This document shows positions 7,601 to 15,480 of a DNA stretch of 15,567 nucleotides, one piece after another. Position numbers and translations under genes: made by a program. This DNA comes from Promethearchaeota archaeon (GTDB lineage Archaea; Asgardarchaeota; Lokiarchaeia; Sigyniarchaeales; SOKP01): positions 1-15,567 of the forward strand of contig JBHLME010000108.1 of the NCBI GenBank assembly GCA_048938445.1, in the 5' to 3' direction. How positions within the stretch are numbered: the first letter of the stretch is position 1; every line of letters begins with the position of its first letter. The notes under the pieces were generated by a model. The model was given only the letters and a program-made list of their open reading frames with translations, was not told the origin of the DNA and did not search any database.

Positions 7601-9028
7601 ATGGTTACTATTAAAAATCGTTCAGAACTAGAATCGAAAACGTTAGGAAAAAATCAGTTATATTTAAGAAAAGTTGGCTTAAATTGTTTGGTAAAAGCCA
7701 TAGAAGCTGTAAAACCTGAGAATCTTGTAAGTAAAAGCGTGAAAATTAAAAATGATAATTTAATCATTGATCAAGACGCATATAATTTAAATAATATTAG
7801 AAGAGTGTATATTATAGGTGGTGGTAAAGCTTCAGCAAGTATGTTGGTTTCAATTGAAAATATTTTCCAAGAATATAGAAAAATTGGATATGAAGGAATA
7901 ATAAATGTCCCTGAAGGATTAGAAATTGAAAATATCCCCTTGACGAATAAGGTAATGCTTAACTTTGCTACACATCCAATTCCTAATGAAAGTGGATTGG
8001 ATGGCGTTAAAAAAATGATGGATATCATTAATAAAGCTTCCCAAGATGATTTGATAATATGCTTGATTTCGGGAGGCGGTTCTGCCTTATTACCATTGCC
8101 ACGTGAGGGAATTTCGCTAGAAGATTTAAAAAAATTGAATTCTTTATTATTAGCATCTGGAGCATCCATACATGAAATAAATATCATAAGAAAACACATA
8201 TCACGATTTAAGGGAGGTAATCTAGCTAAGGCTGTGTATAACTCATCAAAAGCTCTATTAATCTCATTAATTATTTCTGATGTAGTAGGAGATAAGCTAG
8301 AATCAATTGCTTCAGGTCCTACTGCGCCAGATATTTCCACCTTTAATGATGCGGTTAAAATCTTGAAAAAATATAATCTCTATGAAAAAATCCCAATATC
8401 AATTAAAACAACTTTAGAAAAAGGATTGATTGATAAAGATTTTGAAACTCCTAAACCTAATGATGTTTATTTTAAGTATACACATAATTATTTAGTAGGT
8501 AATGTAAACTTCGCAGTCAAAGCTGCTGAAACATTTTTAAAAGCAGAAGAATTTTATCCATTATATTTCTCAAAAAGAGTTTCTGGAGAAGCAAGAGAGT
8601 TTGGCGAAAATTTATATGAAATAATAATAAGCGAAATCGAAGAAATAACTAATGAAAAAAAAAATAATTTGAAATTAGCCTTAATTGGAAGTGGAGAATT
8701 AACTGTAACTCTTAAAGGAGATGGTATCGGAGGAAGGAATCAAGAAATGTTATTATCTTTCCTTCAATCAATAAAAAATAAAAAAATAAATTGCGATTTT
8801 ATTGTCATTTCGGTAAATCTTGATGGTATTGAGGGAAATAGTAAAGCAATGGGTGCAATGGTAGATAATTACATATTAAAACAAGTTATTGAAAAAAAAT
8901 ACAATCCAGAGGAATATTTGTCAATGAATGATTCAAATACTTTTTTTAATTTGGTTGGAAGTGAAATAATTACTGGTCCTACTGGATGTAATGTAAATGA
9001 TTTTCTTCTTATTCTTCTTACTTTCTAG
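7601..9028 (+). CDS. gck: Glycerate 2-kinase, MOFRL/DUF4147 family
   Basis: IGGGKAS, THPIP, LISGGGSAL, GASIHEINIIRKHIS..KGG.LA, ISDVVGD....IASGPT, GELTV...G.G.GGRNQE, DGIEG and TGPTGCNVND. Confidence 0.9.
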   Translation: MVTIKNRSELESKTLGKNQLYLRKVGLNCLVKAIEAVKPENLVSKSVKIKNDNLIIDQDAYNLNNIRRVYIIGGGKASASMLVSIENIFQEYRKIGYEGIINVPEGLEIENIPLTNKVMLNFATHPIPNESGLDGVKKMMDIINKASQDDLIICLISGGGSALLPLPREGISLEDLKKLNSLLLASGASIHEINIIRKHISRFKGGNLAKAVYNSSKALLISLIISDVVGDKLESIASGPTAPDISTFNDAVKILKKYNLYEKIPISIKTTLEKGLIDKDFETPKPNDVYFKYTHNYLVGNVNFAVKAAETFLKAEEFYPLYFSKRVSGEAREFGENLYEIIISEIEEITNEKKNNLKLALIGSGELTVTLKGDGIGGRNQEMLLSFLQSIKNKKINCDFIVISVNLDGIEGNSKAMGAMVDNYILKQVIEKKYNPEEYLSMNDSNTFFNLVGSEIITGPTGCNVNDFLLILLTF

Positions 9029-9090
9029 ATACCAATAGAATTTTAGGATCATAGTTTTAGTTTATTTCCAGATCTTAATTTATTTATAGA

Positions 9091-9369
9091 TTAACCTTTC
9101 TCATAAACGACTCCTGTTCCCCCTGCGGGAAAATTAAAGTCTATAGCTCCTGCTTCACAAACTTGAGCACAACTCCCACATTCAATGCATCTTGATTTAT
9201 AATCATCAACAATATAAATCTTACCATCTTTTTTCTTCCACAAGTTTTTAATGCAAATTGTTAGACAATTCCCACAATTATTGCACCTTTCATTATTAAT
9301 CGAAATGAAATCCCCGGTATCTCCTACATGAGTAGAAATACTTTCTAAATCAATGTCTTGAATATTCAT
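9091..9369 (-). CDS. FixX-like 4Fe-4S ferredoxin
   Basis: CNNCGNCLTIC and CIECGSCAQVC cluster motifs; FixX-style C-terminus FPAGGTGVVYEKG; starts 2 nt after the flavoprotein stop. Confidence 0.82.
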   Translation of the reverse strand: MNIQDIDLESISTHVGDTGDFISINNERCNNCGNCLTICIKNLWKKKDGKIYIVDDYKSRCIECGSCAQVCEAGAIDFNFPAGGTGVVYEKG

Positions 9370-9371
9370 GT

Positions 9372-10772
9372 TTAAGATCCCCTCCTTTTCCTTTTCTTCT
9401 CAGGTAACATGTTTAAGAGTTTAGGTAATGCACTCATGAACATTTGTGGATCAAACAAATTGTCAAGTTTATCACCGAGAATTTTAGATAACAAAGGAAC
9501 TACATCTTTCATTAAAACGGGCAGAGCTTGTGGTAAATAAGACTTTATATTACTAAGCATTTGACGTACCCGAAGTGTATGAGGTTCAGACCAATCAAAA
9601 ATACCAGATAATCCTTCGCTAAGCATGGGTACAAACCATTCCATGTTAGTTGCACTAAATGGAAGTGCTTTCCAAATATTCCATAGTTCTTCACCATCTT
9701 CAAAATCACGTCCGACAGAAGTTTGTTGCCATTGTTCGTCATACTGGCTTAAAAATCCCTTTGAAAAATCTTCGGCAGAAATTGCTTCTGCTGCGACTTC
9801 GGCAGCGATTTTTCCCGTCACCATCGCAGGATAAATTCCTTCACCTTCTAAAGGGCAAGGGAATCCACCAGCATCACCAATCAATATAACATTATCAGTG
9901 TGCGTGGTAGTAGGATACGGCATCCATGGTAATAGGTGTGCTTGCACTTCCCGAGGCTTTGCATCCAATCTTTTAATGAGCTTTTTGAAATATGGAACAT
10001 TTATAACTCTATTGAGGTAATATAAGGGATTTTTTTTCCAATAATTCATCCAATTTCCCAAACCAATGTGAAAACCATCGCCAAAAAACACTTGGTAAGC
10101 GGCTGGAAAATTAGCGCCCCACCAGACTGCTAATGCTTCATCACCCATGACTTTATCGATATTTTCTCTTGGTACGTGAAAATCATATTGAGGAACGAGT
10201 GTTACATGATCATGAAACCATCTCTCACGTAGACCTGCCGATTTTGCGACTGTAGAAACTGCTCCATCTGCTCCTATTATTATAGGTGCCTTATATTTTT
10301 CTCCCTTTTCGTCAATTACTCCAGCAAATTTGTTATTTTCTTTGAATAAACCCTTTATTAGAGTTGAAGTTTTGAGTTCTGCTCCTGCGTTAGTAGCAAA
10401 TTCAGCAATCCATGGATCGAATTCACTTCGATAACAATTCATGGTTATAAAGCTTTTAGCTGGTTCGTAAGTTACAGATTCTGTTGGTTTAGAGATAATC
10501 GCAGCTGTAACAATATCATCCTTGTTTACTAAATAATTTCTTGCATACGTGCCCGCTCTCATTGATGGACACTTTTCGGGAGTTAATTCTTTCATCATTT
10601 CTGGAAAATCACGCCATATTCTTGGACCTAAACCACATCCAGATGAATTTTTCTCACCCGGTTTTCGACCGCGTTCAAAAAAAATGGTTTTTAATCCTTT
10701 CTCGGCAGCTACTTTAGCGGTCATTGAACCTCCAGGACCCCCACCAACAATTACAATATCATATTCTTTCAT
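9372..10772 (-). CDS. FixC/geranylgeranyl-reductase-family FAD-dependent oxidoreductase (probably FixC-like ETF:quinone oxidoreductase)
   Basis: MKEYDIVIVGGGPGGS, ERG..PGEKNSSG (FixC-like), R.EFD.W, GADG..S and LIGDAGG.....GEGI..A. ATG at 10772 preferred over the ORF-track TTG at 10862 because the Rossmann motif normally starts the protein. Confidence 0.78.
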   Translation of the reverse strand: MKEYDIVIVGGGPGGSMTAKVAAEKGLKTIFFERGRKPGEKNSSGCGLGPRIWRDFPEMMKELTPEKCPSMRAGTYARNYLVNKDDIVTAAIISKPTESVTYEPAKSFITMNCYRSEFDPWIAEFATNAGAELKTSTLIKGLFKENNKFAGVIDEKGEKYKAPIIIGADGAVSTVAKSAGLRERWFHDHVTLVPQYDFHVPRENIDKVMGDEALAVWWGANFPAAYQVFFGDGFHIGLGNWMNYWKKNPLYYLNRVINVPYFKKLIKRLDAKPREVQAHLLPWMPYPTTTHTDNVILIGDAGGFPCPLEGEGIYPAMVTGKIAAEVAAEAISAEDFSKGFLSQYDEQWQQTSVGRDFEDGEELWNIWKALPFSATNMEWFVPMLSEGLSGIFDWSEPHTLRVRQMLSNIKSYLPQALPVLMKDVVPLLSKILGDKLDNLFDPQMFMSALPKLLNMLPEKKRKRRGS

Positions 10773-11069
10773 TATATTCTCTCTCGAACTTTTTTTTGTT
10801 GTAGTTAGATTACAATTAATATACTTTTGTGTCGGTATAATATAAAAGTTCTCTTTTTTCAAGGAGATGAGTAAAAAAGATATTTAATGATATTGTCCCC
10901 CTTTTTTCATTAATAATTTACAAAAAAAAGTATCTATATCCTGAAATTTTTGATATTTATATTATCGATTTATTATCCATAAATAAAATGTTTTATAGGA
11001 AACTTTCTTCTACAATTATTAACTCATTATTAGAGTTGGATCCAACAAAAAAAATAAGGTAACTATCTT

Positions 11070-13235
11070 ATGGCAAGGAAACGAAAAGTTGAAGAAACTA
11101 AACCATCAAAACCATCCAAAACAATGGGATGGGATGATGAAGATAAAGATGAAGCATTAGAAGCAGAAGGACTAAAAAGTATCGATATGGATAAAGGCTA
11201 CGTAGAACTTGTAGATAGAGATACATCAACACCATATATTGAAACTTATGATGAAAAAACAGGAGAAGTAGAAGGTAAAATCTTACTAAAAAATGGAAAT
11301 AGACGTGGAAAATTAGCTTTAGTTAAAATAATAGAACAAGTTGATGTTAAGCAAGATCATGAGGCAAATATCGATAGTATTGGTTTTTCAGGTAAATTGA
11401 ATGTGGAAAATCCTAGCACTGTTGATAGAATTTGGGATATTGACATCACTCTCAAAAATACTAGTGAAACAAATCTTAAATCAGATCAGATTAAGATAAG
11501 GGAATTAGGTACAGATAAGGATAATAATGTTGATTCGAGGGAATTTAAAATTACTGGAGAAGCTAAGAACCTTCTCTTAGTAAAGGAATATATTAATACC
11601 TTATCTAATGCTGAAGATGTATTAAATATTCATGATATTGAAAGAGATCTACTTAAATTACAGGATCATACAGCAAGCACTACGACAATCGAAGAAGAAG
11701 AGGAAGAAGAAGAGGAGGATGAGGACGAAGAATATGAAGGTGGTGCTGAAGCTTTGGAGTCATATGGTATTTCCATTGATAAAGAGAATACAGTTACCTT
11801 TGCAATTGCAACAAGAAGTTTATTTGAGAAACCCATTGCAAATGTAAAAGTAATTAAGACCATACCTAGCGAATTTTCAAATGTATCCATTAAAGACACT
11901 ACAGTTGGAAGAGCTGAACGTTCTGGTGATGAAGTCATATGGACGATTGATAGAATGGACCCAAATAATACTGAATTATTGACTTTCACGGCAACAATTT
12001 TAGTGAGCTCTATAGAATCAGTAAAAACGGGAACAATCGAAGTCATGTATGAGGCCTCTTCTTCATTTTCGGGTGGTTTAGATATAGATAAATTTGATGC
12101 ATATACTCGAAATAAATTTTACGTAGATATCATTGAACGAGATGAAGAACCTGAAGTATGGGATTGCAAGTTGGTATTTGAAAATAGTTCAGAATTCATC
12201 ATAGAGCTTTTCAATGCTGATGTATATTCTCCAGACGATAAATCAACAAAACTCGTCGATATCGATCCGAAAGATGTTCCTCGTTTACCCGCAGGAGCTC
12301 AATTTCATTCTAATCCATGGATGGTTGAGTCTGAAGATTATCCTAGTTTTATGAAGAAATTAGAATTTCGAGTAATGCCAAACTTCATGACAATTGTAAA
12401 TGGTAGCATCGCTATTACTGATGTAGAATTATCAATTGCAAGCATAACTAGCGATGCTATATTTAGTCTTTCAGAATTAGAACCGGGAGCAGCAAGAGCA
12501 GGATTAGAAGATCTTCTTCAAGTTCCAACCTTCAAAAAGACCGATGTGTATGCTTCAGTTAAGATTGAAAATAATGGTTCAGCACCATTGAATGAAGTAT
12601 CAATTAAACATCAATACTATTCTGATGAGTATAAACCTCCATCATTAAATGAAATTAAACTCTTTTTGGACGACAATGAAGTAGATTTAGAAGGGGGCGC
12701 TGTAGATGTTGAAAATGACATCCTTACTATTTCTCTTAAAGATCTAAAAGACAGTAGTACAGGAATGTTTAAGCCCAAATCTACATTAGAGGTAATATAT
12801 CCAATTCATTGCGTAAAACCAAGTAAAGATGCAAGGTTTGAATCTGAAGTCATATGTTTAGCTAATACTTATCCTTTAAGTAATGAATTAGAATCCAGAC
12901 CAGAAGTTCCAATTATCGAAGCAGTCCATCTACGTCGTAAATTCCGCGTTGGTAAAGAGGTCATTGCTATTGGCTCTTTAGGTGAGTATGAGATAATATT
13001 ATCCATTGAAAATATTGGTGACATGACACTACAGAATCTTGTCTTGCTTGATAAGGTTCCAGATAGTTTTGAATACGGAGATTATAGCACTGAACCTGAA
13101 ATAACTGATGAAGTGGGTGAGGATACTCTTAAATGGTCTATTGATGAGCTTGCTGAAGGTGAGAAATTAGAAATAACTTACAAAATCACAGGTTCTGGTG
13201 AATATAGTCCTAGTGACGCGCAATTGTCTTATTAA
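11070..13235 (+). CDS. Acidic cytoplasmic beta-sandwich protein: probable mu-homology domain (adaptin mu/delta-COP/muniscin-like) followed by additional Ig-like (DUF11-like) modules
   Basis: 721 aa, no signal peptide or TM helix. MHD-like segments LVKIIEQVDV...IGFSGKLNVEN, IANVKVIKTIP...TTVGRAERSGDEVIWTIDRM and IEVMYEASSSFSGGLDI. C-terminal IENIG...NLVLLDKVP..F...LKWSIDEL..GEKLEITY. The CDS is certain; the product is inferred. Confidence 0.55.
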   Translation: MARKRKVEETKPSKPSKTMGWDDEDKDEALEAEGLKSIDMDKGYVELVDRDTSTPYIETYDEKTGEVEGKILLKNGNRRGKLALVKIIEQVDVKQDHEANIDSIGFSGKLNVENPSTVDRIWDIDITLKNTSETNLKSDQIKIRELGTDKDNNVDSREFKITGEAKNLLLVKEYINTLSNAEDVLNIHDIERDLLKLQDHTASTTTIEEEEEEEEEDEDEEYEGGAEALESYGISIDKENTVTFAIATRSLFEKPIANVKVIKTIPSEFSNVSIKDTTVGRAERSGDEVIWTIDRMDPNNTELLTFTATILVSSIESVKTGTIEVMYEASSSFSGGLDIDKFDAYTRNKFYVDIIERDEEPEVWDCKLVFENSSEFIIELFNADVYSPDDKSTKLVDIDPKDVPRLPAGAQFHSNPWMVESEDYPSFMKKLEFRVMPNFMTIVNGSIAITDVELSIASITSDAIFSLSELEPGAARAGLEDLLQVPTFKKTDVYASVKIENNGSAPLNEVSIKHQYYSDEYKPPSLNEIKLFLDDNEVDLEGGAVDVENDILTISLKDLKDSSTGMFKPKSTLEVIYPIHCVKPSKDARFESEVICLANTYPLSNELESRPEVPIIEAVHLRRKFRVGKEVIAIGSLGEYEIILSIENIGDMTLQNLVLLDKVPDSFEYGDYSTEPEITDEVGEDTLKWSIDELAEGEKLEITYKITGSGEYSPSDAQLSY
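11691..11738 (+). repeat. GAR-rich low-complexity tract encoding EEEEEEEEEDEDEEYE
   Basis: gaagaagaagaggaagaagaagaggaggatgaggacgaagaatatgaa, in frame (aa 208-223). Confidence 0.9.
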
Positions 13236-13244
13236 TCTTAATTA

Positions 13245-13277
13245 AATTTTTCATTTTTTTTTATTATTTATTTTTAT
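13245..13277 (+). terminator. Putative archaeal oligo-T terminator
   Basis: Several T runs (up to 9 T) starting about 10 nt after the stop of the 721-aa gene. Confidence 0.45.
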
Positions 13278-13369
13278 TGTTAAAATGATTGATTTAAATA
13301 AGCGAAAATCTTTGATTTATATAATGATTAAAAAAAATCATTCAATTTTCTTATAATAATATCATTGAG

Positions 13370-15016
13370 ATGACAATTAGAAAAAGATTTCATCAAGATT
13401 GGATATTTAAATGCCCCGATGCGGTCTTGACATGTTCTATATTAAAATGTAAAGATGAATCTTTCATAGTATTTGGTGGACATGATAAAAAACTATACCT
13501 AATGGATAAAGATAGAAATATTATAGATCAAGTCGTTTTTGATGGTTGGTGCAGGTGCACTTATTGCAAAGATATAACTGGTGATGGATGTGATGAAATA
13601 TTAGTTGGATCTGGAGATGGAAGTTGTTTGGTATTAAAATTTGATCAAATAACTAAAAAATTAATTAACCTAAAGCATTATAAAGGGGAAGAAAAGGTTA
13701 ATTGTTGTATTGCAGGAGATTTGTATAGAAAAGGGGTCATTAATTTAATATATGGGGGTGAGGATGACACTCTTAAAATCTTCAATACCTTAGCATCAAC
13801 TAAACCCGATTCTATTTTTTATTTTGATTCTTGGGTAATGAGTGTTGATTTTGGCTTCTTTAAATTACCTGAATTTTCGGAACAAATACTTGGATTAATA
13901 ACTGGAACAAAGAATGGTCATGTATATTTTATAGCATTTAATGAGGATAAACCAGGAATCTTATGGCAAAAAAACCTATATTCTCAAATTAATGACATTA
14001 AAATTGGAGATGTCTCAAATGATGGTTATAATGAAATTATTGCATGTACAAATGATTCCTATGTTAAAATCATGAATAGTGTTGGTAAAAAATTACATTT
14101 TATATACATAGAAGAAAGTCGTCCAGTTTCACTTTTAATTGATGATATTGATGGAAATAATGCAAATGAGATAATTGTTGGATGTGCAGATGGTTCTTTG
14201 AGAGTTTATGAAAATATTAATTTAAATTCACTTGATTTTCAGCTTAAATGGAAGTCTAAAATTCGTACTTCTATAAAAAATATTTGCTCTTATAAGATAA
14301 AAGGAGAAGAGGTTAAATCTGTCCTTTTTGGAGGTTATGATAGAACAATTAGAAAAATTAATGATTTTGAATGGGGTCAAAAACAAAAAATAAACATACC
14401 TAAAAGAAAAGTTCCCGATAAAATAAAAATTAAAGTAGAAAAGGCTGAAAATGAAGAATTATCTGAAGTACCTATGAATCTAAGAGAATATATCTTTAAG
14501 ATTATAAAATATCAAAAAATTTTAGGTTCTTTAGAAATTTTAAAAGAAGAATTACTCAAAATTGGATATTCTAAAATAGAAATTGAAGAAGAATTAGAAT
14601 ATTTGAAAAGTAGTGGATTGATTGTTTATGAAAAATATAATAATCCTGTATATTTTTTAAATGAAAAAAAACTTATCTCCCAAGAATATCACACTGAATC
14701 TAATGAAGAAATGGAAGAATATATCAATGAAAGAGTCTCTGAACTTGAGACAGGAGAAATTCCTGAAAAATCAACCATTATCGAAAAAAAAAATGATAAA
14801 AATGATTATGCTGAATTAAATTCAATATTAAAAAATATTATAATTGAATACCTGAAAGAGAAAAAGATAATTAATTCAAAGTCGGATTTTATCAAGGATA
14901 TATCAAAAATGGGATTTTCAGAGGAAAAAATAGAACAAAAAATAAATTCAATGAAAGAAAATGGAATAATTAAATATTCACGTTCTGTTCCTCGAGGATG
15001 GAGCTTAGTTTCCTAA
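13370..15016 (+). CDS. Beta-propeller (FG-GAP/WD40-like; BBS2/ITFG2-type blades) with two C-terminal winged-helix-like domains
   Basis: About seven blades: VFGGHDKKLYL, DITGDGCDEILVGSGDG, GDLYRKGVINLIYGGEDDTLKIF, LITGTKNGHVYF, GDVSNDGYNEIIACTNDSYVKI, DDIDGNNANEIIVGCADGSLRVY, VLFGGYDRTIRK. A Lys-rich linker follows, then two similar helical units (GYSKIEIEEELEYLKSSGLIVY; GFSEEKIEQKINSMKENGIIKY). No signal peptide. Confidence 0.7.
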   Translation: MTIRKRFHQDWIFKCPDAVLTCSILKCKDESFIVFGGHDKKLYLMDKDRNIIDQVVFDGWCRCTYCKDITGDGCDEILVGSGDGSCLVLKFDQITKKLINLKHYKGEEKVNCCIAGDLYRKGVINLIYGGEDDTLKIFNTLASTKPDSIFYFDSWVMSVDFGFFKLPEFSEQILGLITGTKNGHVYFIAFNEDKPGILWQKNLYSQINDIKIGDVSNDGYNEIIACTNDSYVKIMNSVGKKLHFIYIEESRPVSLLIDDIDGNNANEIIVGCADGSLRVYENINLNSLDFQLKWKSKIRTSIKNICSYKIKGEEVKSVLFGGYDRTIRKINDFEWGQKQKINIPKRKVPDKIKIKVEKAENEELSEVPMNLREYIFKIIKYQKILGSLEILKEELLKIGYSKIEIEEELEYLKSSGLIVYEKYNNPVYFLNEKKLISQEYHTESNEEMEEYINERVSELETGEIPEKSTIIEKKNDKNDYAELNSILKNIIIEYLKEKKIINSKSDFIKDISKMGFSEEKIEQKINSMKENGIIKYSRSVPRGWSLVS

Positions 15017-15480
15017 TTTGCTGCTTCTACTTTTTCAATATCAAAATATTTGATTATATCTACTTGAAATTCTTGAAATTGATTTACTTCACAGAAATCT
15101 CTACCATTATATCTTTGAATAAAAAGTTGTAGAAGGGGTTCAATTTTTTCTAAAAATTTTTTAACCGTTTTATCTACTTTTTTTTGTTTTGATTTAGATA
15201 CTAACCCATATAAAATAATGGGTTCTATGTTAATACTGTCCATACTTTTAACACTCGCCATTTTAAATATGAAAAGAGTAGTGCCTGATTCTAAATATTC
15301 TAATGAAGTGTTCGTAAAAGCAGATTCAGCAAAAGAACTAATCGCTGATACGAAAGCTCCTCTAAGATCCTTATGTTTTCCAGCAATCGTAACCGCAGAG
15401 TCTTTGGGCAATTTCTTAAAAATGTAGTTGATGATTACAAATCCTCTAAACACTATTCCAATTTCATAGAGTTGTTTCAT
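15013..15480 (-). CDS. Stand-alone longin-like domain protein (sigma-adaptin/sedlin/TRAPP-like; Asgard eukaryotic-signature type)
   Basis: Longin beta-beta-alpha-beta-beta-beta-alpha-alpha pattern: LYEIGIVFRGFVIINY, DLRGAFVSAISSFAESAF, LEYLESGTTLFIF, IILYGLV, FLEKIEPLLQLFIQRY and FQEFQVDII. RBS GTGAGGA at 15491-15497 (minus strand). Start is ATG 15480 or TTG 15483. Confidence 0.68.
   Translation of the reverse strand: MKQLYEIGIVFRGFVIINYIFKKLPKDSAVTIAGKHKDLRGAFVSAISSFAESAFTNTSLEYLESGTTLFIFKMASVKSMDSINIEPIILYGLVSKSKQKKVDKTVKKFLEKIEPLLQLFIQRYNGRDFCEVNQFQEFQVDIIKYFDIEKVEAAN

Noticed and set aside
7771-8340. 189-aa minus-strand ORF
   Set aside because: Antisense to the conserved core of glycerate kinase, with no motifs of its own.
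9545-10845. Short ORFs 9545-9742, 9625-9834, 9659-9889 and 10549-10845
   Set aside because: Out-of-frame or antisense overlaps of the FixC-like gene.
10773-10862. 30-aa N-terminal extension of the flavoprotein from TTG 10862
   Set aside because: AT-rich, promoter-like sequence; the family's Rossmann motif begins right after ATG 10772.
11632-12046. Lys/Arg-rich ORF 11632-11847 and poly-Ser ORF 11666-12046
   Set aside because: Alternative-frame and antisense readings of the GAA/GAG acidic tract.
15218-15427. 69-aa plus-strand ORF with hydrophobic N-terminus
   Set aside because: Antisense within the longin-like gene, which has an RBS and a coherent fold pattern.
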